The translations under genes and the position numbers were made by a program. The notes below the pieces were generated by a model. It made no database searches, was not told where the DNA came from, and saw only the letters and a program-made list of their open reading frames with translations. Of a stretch of 64,000 nucleotides of DNA, positions 1 to 12,049 are shown piece after piece. The stretch comes from Callorhinchus milii (taxonomy: Eukaryota): positions 92,630,001 to 92,694,000 of the forward strand of contig NW_024704743.1 in NCBI RefSeq assembly GCF_018977255.1. The letters are read 5' to 3'. Position 1 is the first letter of the stretch, and each line of letters starts with the position of its first letter.

Positions 1-159
1 GCCTGCAGCTATAAAAATCTGAGCGTGCTTCTTAAAGCTGTTTAGAAAGTAGTTCTCAACAAGCTGAAATTGATTTATTAGCAGAAGGAGCCCTGTTAGG
101 TTTCTTAAAAACTATTAACTTCCTTTTCGAAATATATAAAATGGTCACTTCAATCCAAA

Positions 160-312
160 ACTATTTGTGGGATTGCTGTGCTCAATTGGCTGCCGGGTTT
201 CTCCCACAAAATTTACAGTTCAATTCACTTTACAGTATATTCTGTGAAACACTTTGAGACGTCTCGAAGATGTGATAAGGCGCTTTATCAAATGCAAGGA
301 TTATTATTATAA
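160..312 (+). mobile_element. 3' half of Deu-type SINE with L2-derived tail
   Basis: tgtgggattgctgtgctcaattggctgc...aaatgcaaggattattatt matches the 3' half of the full SINE at 5811-6200. Confidence 0.85.
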
Positions 313-329
313 TATCAAAGGAAGGAAGA

Positions 330-395
330 AGAACAACAACAAGATTACATTTGTATAGCGCCTTTCATGTCAGGAGGTCGTCTCAAGGCACTGGG
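330..395 (-). mobile_element. L2 LINE 3' tail fragment
   Basis: Reverse complement of the L2 end motif ...gaaaggcgctatacaaatgtaatcttg(ttg)n, as at 10100-10157. Confidence 0.75.
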
Positions 396-2159
396 AGTGT
401 TGAAGCTTTGAACTGTGAGGTGATGTCAGAATTTGGATAAAAGGCCGTCAAAAAGAACATTAAGTTTAGCAAAAATGACCAGTCGCTCTTTGTAAAAACA
501 AGAGAGAGCATTTGCTCTGTAAATGTGAAATGGCAAGTGGTTTAATAAGATTCCAATAGCAAGAGACATTTTGTACTTCTCCTAATAGAACTCTCCATCC
601 ATTCAATGATTTGCTGCAGAAAATTAACCAATACGGCAACTGCAGCTGCCCAAATCCAAAGAAATAAACAACAGAGGAAGTGAAAGCACACAGCACAATA
701 TCAATAAATTAGAGAGTGCTTCACACTTAACTGTCTTGAATGTTCAATAATGAGAAAACATCTTTCACATCTGTTGTTTGTTTAAAGCATTTAACTAGTA
801 ATGGGCAGGTAAAGCTGTAGAATGTTAGAAAGTATGAAGCTATTCAGGAGACTACACTGGATGTTTGTGCCAATGTCTTGAACAGAGTACTTATCTCACA
901 TGCTTTATTGCTTGACACTTTGGATTGTAAATTGCTTGCACAAACACACTGAAAGGATGATTCGGTGTGCTTGCTTCAAGTCCACATTAATTTGCTGCAA
1001 CTCATGACCTGAAACTTCTGAACTGGTTAGGATATGGAAATGAAAAGTTCTCATAACATGACAAGTACAGATTCAACCAATACATTTAAGTTCAAAGATA
1101 CACTCCAACACAAGGATGAAAAATAAGGTATGTGATATCATAGTTATAACATTTGCTATAATTTTGGCTTAATTCCATCAAGGCAGCTAAAAGGCAACAA
1201 TTGTAGGCTACATTCTCAGCCTGTAAATATCTTATCCTTGAACTTTTTAATTTCCAGTAACTTGTCAAACCCTTCTAAAAAAAAATACAATGTTTTCTTA
1301 AGGTTAAGGTATAAGTTAATTTGACAGTGCTCACTATGGCAAGTTATGTGGTGTAAGGATCACTTGCAAAATAGCAAAGCACACCAGTAATGGCTTCAAC
1401 CTTGGGATGTCCTCCCGGAATGAACGGCACTTTACAAATGTAATGTTATTGTTGTTGTTGTGCTAGCTTTCCTCCAGATTCTTCTTCTCCAAACTTAGCT
1501 AAACTTCCATCTTTTAAACCCCAAGGTCAGTCCGTGTGACCCTTTCAGGCAAATGTAGAGTTCAAAGGTTGTTTAGCCCAATCACAGTTCAAAATCGAAT
1601 TGTCCAATTATATTTTAGAACTGTTCAGTGCTGTTCATCTTACCTCACTTCAGGGTCATTTGTGCTCTCATCAAAGAGAAATGTGGTCCAAGAATCCATC
1701 ACTTATTGCAGACACTTTTTCAGTCATAAAACATTGCTTTGCGATGTCTCAACGCATGAAAAGGCATTATATCAAGTGCTAGGATTATTATTAATATTTA
1801 TTATTATCTACATCCTGACCTGTTTGACAGCTCTCAGGCCGTGAAGCTTCTTCCTTGGCACTAAACCCTGTAAATTGTGACAATAATTAATACCTGTAAA
1901 AGAGTATCAAACAACCCCACAGATTGTTACAGCACAGAAATAGGCGATTCAGGTCATCAAGTCTGTCTGTGTTGGTGTTTTCTGCTCATGAGACAATCTA
2001 ATCTGACTCTCTTGTTCGCTTCTTCATGCCTTTTAATACTCCTTCTGTTGAAAACATCTATCTAATTCCCTTTCAAAATAGTTCACAGACTCTGCCTCAG
2101 TCTAAGAGTTTCCCAATGGTCATGTGAAGAACAGAATTGAATAAGCAGTGCTGTACGAC

Positions 2160-2838
2160 AACAATAACAACAACAACAAAATTACATTTGTATAGTGCTT
2201 TTCATGTTGGGAGGTCATCCCAAGGAGCTGGACAATCAGTGTTTCTGACTCGAGCTGGGATTTGGGATTGGGGAGGGTAGAGGGAAGTGGGGAAGAAAGG
2301 GTGATTGAATGGAGTTCCAGAAGGTGGTGGCAGAGTGGCTGCAGTCCCGCAGCGCCAATGTTAGGGCGGGTGAAGAAGGGGCCAGAGCTCAGTGAGCAGA
2401 GGGAGCGGGGTTAGGAGGTCGTAGAGGTAGGGGGGAGCCAGGCCATGGAGGGCTTTGAAGGTGAGCACCAGGATCTTGAACTGTATCCTCTTTGCGATGA
2501 GAAGCCAGTGAAGTCGAGCGAGGATAGGCTGATAGGGTCACGGAGCCTGGTGTGGGAGAGGACAGGGGCTGCAGAGTTCGGGATGATCTTCAATCGATGG
2601 AAGGAAGAGTTGGGGAGGCCAACAAGCAGGGAGTTTGCATAGTCAAACTTGGATGTTATGAATGCGTGTATGAGGGTTTCGGCGGCCTGTGGTGTGAGAC
2701 AGTGGCGGAGCCGGGCAATGTTACGGAGTTGAGGGAAGGCAGAGTGGGTCTTGGCATGGATGTGGGGTAGAAAGGACAGTTGAGGGGCAAACAAGATGCC
2801 AAGGTTCCAGACTGGCTTAGTAAGGTGGAGTGTGAAAT
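2160..2838 (-). mobile_element. 5'-truncated L2 LINE (RT C-terminus and 3' UTR), internally deleted
   Basis: ORF 2411-2794 PQLSFLPHI...[35 protein letters not shown] is the L2 ORF2 C-terminus; (caa)n tail at 2160. Confidence 0.93.
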
Positions 2839-2847
2839 CATTGTTTT

Positions 2848-3065
2848 AATAATAATAATAATCCCTCCAAAACAAAACAATAATAAATTGGTCATTTTCA
2901 ATCCACGACTGTTTGTGGGATACTGCTGTGCGCAATTGGCTGCTGAGTTTCGCCCACAAATATACGGTCAATTCACTTTACAGTCTATTCTGTGAAGCAC
3001 TTTGAGATGTCTAGAAGACGTGAAAAGCGCTATATCAAGTGCAAGGGTTATTTATTATTATTATT
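2848..3065 (+). mobile_element. 5'-truncated tRNA/Deu SINE
   Basis: Near-identical to 5975-6185 of the full SINE. Confidence 0.9.
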
Positions 3066-3842
3066 TTGTGTTCATTGCGAATATAGGGTTAAATTATTCT
3101 CTACTTCCATAAAGAGATCCAAATCAACAACTAGAAAACATATTTTTGATATGATGTATATTTGAAGGACAAAGTTCCCATTCAATGATTCATCTTCTTT
3201 CTCATTGTCAGTGTTCTTGCGGAACCTTCAGGCTGTCTTGTTGAAAAATCTCCCATTACAGCACTTCACATAACAAAGACTAAACCCACTGGCAAACACT
3301 ATAAAGTCCAGCATTGCTTTAATTTTAATGCATTACAACGTGAGCTCCTATTGTAATAAACACTTTCAATCTTTCAATAAAATGAAAGTATCACTTCCAA
3401 AGTCTCAAGTTTGATATTATTTTTACATACAGAATTAACTGTAAATTTGTTATATTCAGGTTTTGCAGCTTACACATCTTCTTTTCATTGCAATAATTGG
3501 TAAAGGTCTTTTCATGTCAACCACAGCTGTTTGAAAACACAATATCAGAATTTATTTTATTCTATCCTGTTGGGAGAGAAAAAAGTCTTCGCTTGTGGAA
3601 TATAATTTTCAAAAACACTTTACTGCTAAGGAGATTTGTAAGATGGCTGTCAGAAAGCTTCTGAAGAAAGCAAGGAGCAAAATAAATTATGCTAACATAC
3701 CAAAAGATTATATACATTGGGGATACCTAGGCTGACACTCCACTGCAATGCTAAGTGAATGCTGTATTGTCAGTGTCATTAATTGGATGAAACATTAGAT
3801 AAAGTTGAATAAGAAGGTTTTTAATTTTTTTTAAGGATAGAT

Positions 3843-4108
3843 AATAATAGTTCTTGTACTTGGTAATATGCCTTTCATATTGGGAGGACATCTCAAAACA
3901 CTTCACAGCATAGTGATGTGTTTTGTAGGTGAACATACTAATCAATTCATATACAGCAATGTCCCACAATCAACCATGAAGTGAATGATTAATTTTATCT
4001 GGGGGATTGTTGGTCAGGACATCAGGAGAAAATTCCCTTATCTTTTCAAAAAAACTTTCGGGATCCTTAACGTCCGCCTAAACTAAGCAGCTGGACTTGG
4101 ACCTCGGG
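3843..4108 (-). mobile_element. older Deu-domain SINE (SacSINE1-like), partial
   Basis: cagcaatgtcccaca, gggatccttaacgtccgcctaaac and the L2-type tail are shared with 40455-40870 and 41544-41970. Confidence 0.75.
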
Positions 4109-4109
4109 A

Positions 4110-5077
4110 AGATCAAGGTGGCTGACATGTTGCAAACTATCATGCTGAAGGCAAATGTCTGCCAGATAACTTTGGCTTGGGGCAACAGCTGCTGAAAGGC
4201 ATTACTTAAAGTCTGAGTTTACAAATACGCATTTGTACATCCAGTGCCAGGAATCCACTTGAATGGTTTGCAGAGAAATAAACAGCTGTTGCTTAAGCTC
4301 CACACCTCCAATTAGTGGAACCGTCACTCAATGGGAAGCAACGTGTGTCTGAGCTGTGGACAGGAAGATGGTAGCAATGCTCTTGTGCATTTCATGCTGT
4401 GTTGCGTTGCCTACCAGGAAGCTCACAAGCAGTTCCTGGTACCTGACATCCACCTAGTGAGGACTCAAACCCAAGCTTGAAGATGTCAAATAACTGACTA
4501 GTGACTATCCTACTTGGGAGAGGAGGTAAGTGGGGTCTCCTTGGAGCTGAACTGGCTCCAAGATGATATGTTTGGCAACAGACATCAACCACATCCTAAG
4601 TTCCAGTCTTGGTAATCCAGTTCCTAAGCGAGGCAAGTCCACAGTGCTTGAAGGAATTGCTGATGACAAGCTCACCCGCCTGATTCATCAGTAGGACTTG
4701 GATGGGCAAATCAGTCACTGGAGGCAGGGAACTCTTCCCACGTAGCTCTCATTAACCCTGAAAGGCAAAGCCCTGATGGGCGGGGTAGTCCTAGCTGGAC
4801 AAACAACGGGAAAGCTTGCCAGGCAGTGAGCTTAATGGCAAGCAATGTGGCTTGAGCTGGTTACACTCCAGCAGTACCCCAACGCACATTCTTGGGTCTC
4901 CAAACCTGGGCTCTTACCATCCCTTACCTTATATTTTCTGGAATTAGGTAAGAAGGATATGTCTTTCCAGAGAGATCTCTGGCATTTCCATGTATAATTA
5001 GGATGCATGGAATTCTTGGTTTGATTACACTTAAGCATGGTCTGCATGTGTCAGACACCTGACTGACCTACCATAAA
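4110..5077 (+). mobile_element. 3' end of a CCHC-terminated LINE (RTEX-like): ORF2 C-terminus plus ~600 bp 3' UTR
   Basis: Frame starting at 4340 reads NVCLSCGQEDGSNALVHFMLCCVAYQEAHKQFL...* (stop 4478-4480), preceded by KQLLLKLHTS. The downstream 4481-5077 recurs about 7 more times in the window. Confidence 0.6.
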
Positions 5078-5135
5078 AATTGAGGGGTTGATGAATTAGG
5101 CTGGAGAAGATCAGAGGTGTGAGGAAATGACATTG

Positions 5136-5800
5136 AATCATAGAATCATAGAATCGTACAGCTCAAAAAGAGGCCATTCGGCCCATCGAGTTTGTGCTGG
5201 CTCTTTGAAAAGAGCAACGTAATGTCAATCCCACACCCCAGCCCTTTCCCCATAACCCTGCAAACCAGTTCTCCTCAAATACCCATCCACGCGTTTTTAA
5301 AAGTTGTTATCGAATTGGCCTCCACCATTCTTTGCGTTCCAGATTCGAACAACTCGCTGCATGAAAAAATTCTTCTCACCTCCCCTCTGCTTCTTTTAGA
5401 AACTATTTTAAATCTGTGACCTCGAGTCACCAACACACCCACCAGGGGAAACAGTTTTTCCCTTTCTAACCTATCAAGTCCCCTCATGATTTTGAAGACC
5501 TCTATTAGGTCTCCTCGTAACCTTCTCTGCTTCAATGAGAATAATCCCAGCCTCTCTCGCCTTTCCTCATAATCAAGGTCCCTCATTCCTGGTACCATTC
5601 TTGTAAATCTCCTCTGCAGCCTTTCCAATGCCTTAACATCCTTCCTATTGTGTGGTGCCCAGAACTGGGCGTAGTATTCTAACTGAGGCCTAACCAGTGT
5701 TTTATATAGGTTAATCATAACCTCCTGACTCTTGTACTCTATGCCGCCATTTATGAAGCCTAGTATCCCATGTGCCCTTTTTACAGCTTTATTTACCTTT
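5136..5800 (-). mobile_element. CR1 LINE 3' fragment
   Basis: ORF 5275-5718 LYKTLVRPQLEYYAQFWAP...LERLQRRFTRMVPG...RRLRGDLIEVFK; 8-bp (attctatg)n tail at 5136-5153. Confidence 0.96.
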
Positions 5801-5810
5801 ATTTATTTGT

Positions 5811-6200
5811 GGAGTCCTGTAGCTCAGTGGTTAGAGCACTCGCTTTGCAAGTGAGAGACCTGAGTTCAAGTCCTGTAGCTCAGTGGTTAGAGCACTCGCT
5901 TTGCAAGTGAGAGACCTGAGTTCAATTCCAAGCAGGGCGAAACCTTGGGCAAGTTTCCTTACTCCACACGCCTAATAATAATCCCTCCAAAAAAACAAAA
6001 CAATAATAAATTGGTCATTTTCAATCCACGACTGTTTGTGGGACATTGCTGTGCGCAATTGGCTGCCGCGTTCGCCCACAAATATACAGTCAATTCACTT
6101 TACAGTGTGTTCTGTGAAGCGCTTTGGGACGTCCTCCTGACGTGAAAAGCGCTATATCAAATGCAAGGATTATTATTATTATTAATATTATTATTATTAT
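5811..6200 (+). mobile_element. full tRNA(Ala)-headed Deu-type SINE with duplicated head
   Basis: A box tagctcagtggttagagc, anticodon loop ttgcaa (TGC), B box gagttcaattcc, central tgctgtgcgcaattggctgccgcgtt, L2-like tail and (att)n. Confidence 0.93.
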
Positions 6201-6449
6201 TACCTGTCCTGCCACCTGCCACCATGATCCATATGATGTTAACAATTTGACTAGATTAAGCAGTCCTCAGGAAAGCAACAGTGTTATAGGCACTTTGGTA
6301 CCAGAAAAGGAGACTTGAACCTCCATAAATACAGCAAATCTTTAAAACATTTTGAGATGTCCTCCTGATATGAAAGGCACAATATCAAAAGCAAGGTTTA
6401 TTATTGTTTCACTAAGAAAAAAAAATCTTTCTCACTGACTGTAAGAAAA

Positions 6450-7258
6450 GGGACAAAACACAAAATACTGCAGATGCTGGAAATCTGAAACAAAAACAGA
6501 GAGAGCTGAGAAAACTCAGCATCTATGGAGAGAGGAAAGTGAGTCAACGTTTCAGGTCCACGACCCTTCTGGGGCATGTTGGGAGGGAGAGGTTTTTAAT
6601 GACAAGTTGAGAGGGAGAAGCAGGATAAGGACAACAAAGAAGACAAAAAAGAAGACAAAGGAGAAAATGTGTTAGTTGATGGGTTAAAGAGGTGATGGTG
6701 GTGTAAAACAAAAGGGGGGAGGTGGGTTGAAACAAAACTGGGGAGAAGAGGCGTTAATAGTGCAAAACAGGAACTCACCAGAGAGAGGCAAAGAGTGTCT
6801 GGATTGATGATTGTAATGATAACAGAAGATAACTCTTCTGGTAACAGAAATATGGGGAGGGGGGAAGGTGAGCTGTTATGATCTGAAGTAGCTGAAATCG
6901 ATATTGAGGCCAGAGGTTTGTAGGGTCCCGAGCTGATAGATAAGATGCTGTTCCTCAACCTTTCGCTGTGGATCATTGGAACAGTGTAGGAGACCATACA
7001 TGCAGAGATCAGACTGTGAATGGGAGTGTGAGTTAAAATGGCAGAAGACCTTAAGATCAGGGTTGACCTTGCGTACAGAACGAAGATGTTCTGCAAATCG
7101 ATCACCCCATCTGCGCTTAGTCTCCCCAGTATAGAGGAGATCCGTGAGCAGCGGATACAGTATACTACATTGGTGGTAGTACATGTAAACTGCTGTCTTA
7201 CGTGGAACTGCGTTTGGGGCTTTGGATAGTGGTCTGGGAGGAGGTGGAAGGACAGGTA
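6450..7258 (-). mobile_element. Penelope-like element fragment (GIY-YIG endonuclease and 3' end)
   Basis: ORF 6876-7283 LLYTGETKRRWGDRFAEHLRSV...HFN...EQHLIYQLGTLQTSGLNIDF is typical of the PLE GIY-YIG domain. Confidence 0.9.
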
Positions 7259-8029
7259 ATAAGAAAACGGATATTTTTAACACAATTCAGTTGAATTGAA
7301 AATGATCTGTGGAGAGGCAGAATCCTCGATTCCAGGTCAGAACAAATTAATTGTTTAATTTTTCCGTCAAAAACAGAGTACTCAGTCAGGCTTATGTGTT
7401 GAAGTGAAGTTAGAAAGGACTAGCATTGTTTTTTTTTAATGTCTGCTCATCATAACAACATGTGTCTGTAAATTAAACCATCATTTGTCTGTGATTTCTG
7501 ACTTGCTACAAAAGCAAAAAAAAATATTTTCCACCTGTCTAATGTTTTCAATGCAGACTGTGGTTCACTTACACAAGGGGATTTTACTCAGGGGTGAACC
7601 TTGTTAATCATGTTTAACATATTGTAACAATGTACAAGTTGAGAGTTGAGATCATAACATGCATATAATATATATATGTAAAGATTGTTGCACTGGATTT
7701 TGATATCATATGACTGGAAACAATAGCCTTTGCAGTAAAATAGCTGTGGGCTTATACATATGGCTATTCATATCAGCACTAATTAAGCAAATATTTTAGG
7801 ATGTCTGATAATTCATCATAACACAGATAAATACTTTACTGCTTCGCAATGGAGTTTCAAAAGAAAGAAAATCAGTGCATGAAATCTGATATAATTAAAT
7901 TGCAATTATATCCTGTCTTATATTAACATGCTAATGTACTACCAAGCTTTCTCATATGTTAAAAGGCATCTCCTTATTCAATTCAGTTAATGTATTTTTG
8001 AGACTTTGTTGTAAATGAAATAAGATATA

Positions 8030-8580
8030 TATAGACCACACTTAGAATACTGTGTGTAGTTCTGGTCCCCACATTATAGAAGGGATGTAAAGGCACTGGA
8101 GAGTGTGCAAAGGAGATTCACAAGGATGATCCCAGAACTGAGAGGTTATAACTATCAGGAAAGGCTGAACATTCTTGGACTCTTTTCTCTTGAAAAGAGG
8201 AGGGTAAGGGGTGACCTGATAGAGGTCTTTAAAAGGTTTTAATAGGGTAGACATAGGGAAGATGTTTCCACTTGTAGGGGAGACCAAAACCAGGAACCAT
8301 CAATATAAAATAGTCACAAATAGATCAAATAGGAAGGTTAGAAGAAATTTCTTTGCACAAAGAGTAGTGGAAATGTGGAACATTCTACTACAAGGAGTTG
8401 TTGAAGCAAATGGCATAGATGTATTTAAGGGGAAGCTAGATAGGTACCTGAGCGAGAAAGGAATAGAAGGTTATGCTTGAAGGCTTAGTTGAGGAAGGGC
8501 AGGAGGAGGCTCATGTGGAGCATAAACAACGACATAGACCAGTTGGGCTGAATGGCCTGTTTCTGTGCTGTATATTCTAA
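8030..8580 (+). mobile_element. CR1 LINE 3' fragment
   Basis: RPHLEYCV.FWSP...LESVQRRFTRMIP; 3' UTR gggctgaatggcctgtttctgtgctgta. Confidence 0.95.
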
Positions 8581-9056
8581 TGTTCCTCCATTCTGTGCTT
8601 CCTGCAAGCAATAACACTAGCTGTATATATATATATCCATTGTGTTTATTAGGTTAATTAAATGCCAGTGCTTGTTGAGGGACTTATGTTGTTTTATCAC
8701 GAAACAAGGACTGTGAAGACCATATTTAAAAGCTTAACCTTTCCATGCTATGCAGCAGTTTCTTAACTTCCATAGAAATGATCTCATGACTTTTGGATGT
8801 GGTTTGCGGCAAGGTAAGAGCTGTGATGGTTAAAGGTCAATAATTAAGGATGAAACTATCTCTCAACAATACAACACACCATTAAAGGTGGAGTTGATCC
8901 AATTCCTAAATGGTCGACTTCAGTGTTTCATTCATCAGCAACCTCTACCTTTCATTCTAGAGAAAGCCTGCTTGCAACATTGGGATTTTTTACAAGGGTG
9001 ACGAGGCTTCTTCTGGTTCTAGAGAAAGCCTGTGATTCAGATCAAACCTCTCACAA

Positions 9057-10157
9057 TGCCTCCACTTCATCTCCACAAATGGTTTCTTCTCTAGCCCCCA
9101 GACCGTCTCGTGTGGAGTTCCTCAGGGCTCTGTCCTTGGTCCTTCCTCTTCAATATCTACATGTTCTCTTTTGGTGACATCATTTGCAGACATGGGGTCA
9201 ACTTCCACATGTATGCGGATGGCACCCAACTCTACCTCTCTGCTTCCACCCTTGACTCCAGGACTACTGCTGTCCTGACTGAATGTCTGTCGGACATCAA
9301 GTCCTGGATGAGAGCTAACTTTCTTCAGGTGAACATCAACAAGACCGAGGCTCTCCTGATTGGCTCCCGACAGCACCTCCTCAGGCGCTGACAGCATCAC
9401 CATCCATGGTTGCACACTCCACCTCACTGAGCCAGACCGGAACCTTGGCATGTTCTTTGACCCTCAACTATCCTTTCTACCCTACATCTGTGCCATGACC
9501 CACTCTGCCTTCCCCCACTTCGCAACATCGCCCGTCTCCGCCACTGTCTCACACCACAGGCCGCTGAAACCCTCATACATGCTTTCATTACATCGAGGCT
9601 CGACTATGCAAACTCATTGCTTGTCGGCCTCCCCAACTTTTCCCTTCATAGGTTGCAGATCATCCAGAACTCTGCAGCCCGTGTCCTCTCCCGCATAAGG
9701 CTCCATGAACCTATCACCCTATCCTCGGCCGACTCCACTGGCTTCCCATCACACAGAGGATACAGTTCAAGATCCTGATCCTCTGCTTCAAAGCCCTTGA
9801 TCCCCTCTACCTCGGCGATCTCCTAACCCCCTATCATCCCGCTCGTTCCCTCCGCTCAGTGGGCTGTGGCCTGCTTCATGTCCCTCACCTTCCTTGCCCC
9901 ACTATTAGCAGACAGGCCTTCTGCCACTTTCTGGAACTCCATCCCACAGTCCCTCCACCTCGCCCTCTCCCTTGCCACCTTTAAGACCCATCTCAAGACC
10001 CTCCTCTTCGACCGTGCTTTAAATCTCTCTGCTTCCGCCCCTGCCCTCCACCCTCCCCGACCCCGACCCCCAGCTCGGGTCCATAACTCTGACTGTCCAG
10101 CGCCTTGGGACGCCTTCCCAACATGAAAGGCGCTATACAAATTAATTTTGTTGTTGT
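9057..10157 (+). mobile_element. 5'-truncated L2 LINE
   Basis: GVPQGSVLGP and HMYADGTQLY RT motifs with frameshifts; 3' tail gaaaggcgctatacaaatt...ttgttgttg. Confidence 0.95.
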
Positions 10158-10536
10158 TTTCCCTGTGGTTCCCATGAGTACATCTTTGTCTCCCAATTAA
10201 GGAAAGAACAGTACAAAATATGACTGGTGGTCTTCTCTGCTCCCACCAATTTCCTTCTGATGGTTTGACCCAAAGCTAGCAACTGATCGCTAGTTAGTGG
10301 AATACACGCTCACTGATATTTCTGTTGGAATACAATTTAGGATTTACAATTCACTTGAACATATTACATTTCACTTGATCATAGCATTTCTTAGCGCTGA
10401 AATATTAAAGGAAGAAAGTAATTTTAACATTGACCAACATCTTACTATTTACAGTTAAAATTAAAGCACTGGTTTCATGATAGTGTTTGATTGTTTTGTG
10501 AAAGGTTCAGTCGAGAGCCGACTCAGTGGGAGGGGA

Positions 10537-10554
10537 GCTGCCACCTACTGGCCG
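10537..10554 (-). promoter_or_regulatory. CTCF-binding motif
   Basis: Minus strand reads CGGCCAGTAGGTGGCAGC, matching the CCASYAGRKGGCRS core, in otherwise unique sequence. Confidence 0.65.
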
Positions 10555-10647
10555 CTTAGTGTTTAATAATAATCCAATAATGATATAATATTGGTTAGTT
10601 TACCCAACATGGGTTTAACACCCAAAGGCAATATTTATTTCATAACT

Positions 10648-10865
10648 TTCACCAGAGAAACTCCCTTCTCTCTTCGTAGTGCCATGGGATCTTTAACGTC
10701 CACCTAAACAGGCAGACAGGACCTTGGTTTAAAATCTCATCTAAAGGAAGCCACCTTCAACAATGTAACACATCCCAAGCCCTGCATCGGAGTGGTTTTT
10801 AGACTATGTGAGTTCAACTCCCGATGCGGGGTTTGAACCCCCAACCTTCTGATTCAGAGTCAGAA
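10648..10865 (-). mobile_element. older Deu-domain SINE, 5' part
   Basis: gtgccatgggatctttaacgtccacc...ggggtttgaacccccaaccttctgattcagag (reverse of a tRNA-like head). Confidence 0.8.
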
Positions 10866-12049
10866 TATTAGATTTCCTTTAACAAGTTTATGAATTGGGC
10901 ATATTTACAAAAATGAGTTGTGTTCAGAAAAAAGTATGCATTTGAGAAATGAATGACTGAATCCCTAGAAGATTATGGTGATCTATTCCACTGAAACTCT
11001 TGGGGCGAATTTTGTACATGCTGTAAAGGTTTGAGGAGCGTCTAAAATCCAAGTATCATGCACCACTTCTGAGAGACACAACTCTCTTGTGATTCAATAC
11101 TTAATGTCTTGCAGAGCAGCTGCAATTTATTTTACTGTGAAATCTACTGAACGGGATGACAGGATTAAATTATTCAGTCAATATTGCAGAGTTGGATTTT
11201 GTCATGAATGCATCTGATGGTACGAAACAGTCCAATGACCCATTTATCATGTGCTTACCAATAATGCATTGAAACTCATGCCACAAGGCCATTTGCTTAT
11301 ACAGTAGAAACATTGTTTAAAACATGACTGAAGCATAAAATGGAGATGAATGTAGTTTACACACTACTGTGCATGCTTAAAGTGGATCAAGAAAATCTCC
11401 CATATTCTTTTATGATTATCTGGATATTGCCCTGACATAGTTAATCATTTAATGTAAAATGGTACCAACTAAATTGTACTGAAATCTTGTGATTGCAAAT
11501 TTATATTAGAACTGAAATGAATGACAGAAGAAGCATTATGAATTCAAGTTCCTTTTAACTAGACACAAATGAAGTGTGTAAATGAATATAACTCCCATTA
11601 TTAAAAAATTGTACTCAATCTGATGAAACATAAATAGCTTTAATCAATAAGCATTTGTCTGATCACCACTACCAAAAGAGACTAATTTAAGAATTTGAGA
11701 AGCTATTTCATAAGTGGTATAATTTTGCTTACAACAGTTGCAACTTGCCTTTAACTGAAAATTACAGTGGAATATGACCGTTAGCTATCAGAACCCAGTT
11801 CATACACCAGCTAAGGATAAATCACTGTTTAAAACAGAAAATGGCTGTGCTCCTGTAATTGCGTGCTCCTGTAATTGCCTCTCCCTCTTTGTCTATTGAT
11901 CCATGGTTACAAATTACATCAATAATCTTGTAAATTACCCAGTATTTACTGCTACGATATCTGTGATGCTGTGTTTTGATTTCCTGAAATGTATGACATT
12001 TTGTCAGTCATGCTGAACCACGGAAAGATTATCCAATTGAACTGAATTG

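Noticed and set aside
466..696. 76-aa ORF and other short AT-rich ORFs
   Set aside because: No recognisable domains, and lengths are as expected by chance.
4659..4700. Hammerhead or SECIS in the ~550 bp repeat (ctgatga)
   Set aside because: There is no correctly placed GAAA or SECIS quartet; the ctgatga is simply paired in the stem.
5811..5940. tRNA-Ala gene
   Set aside because: It is a SINE head. It continues into the SINE body and recurs in many copies.
11212..11235. Hammerhead-like ctgatggtacgaaac
   Set aside because: The core is not CUGANGA, and there is no stem II.
11847..11878. 16-bp tandem duplication gtgctcctgtaattgc
   Set aside because: An ordinary local duplication, like 56158-56191 and 56274-56347, with no further structure.
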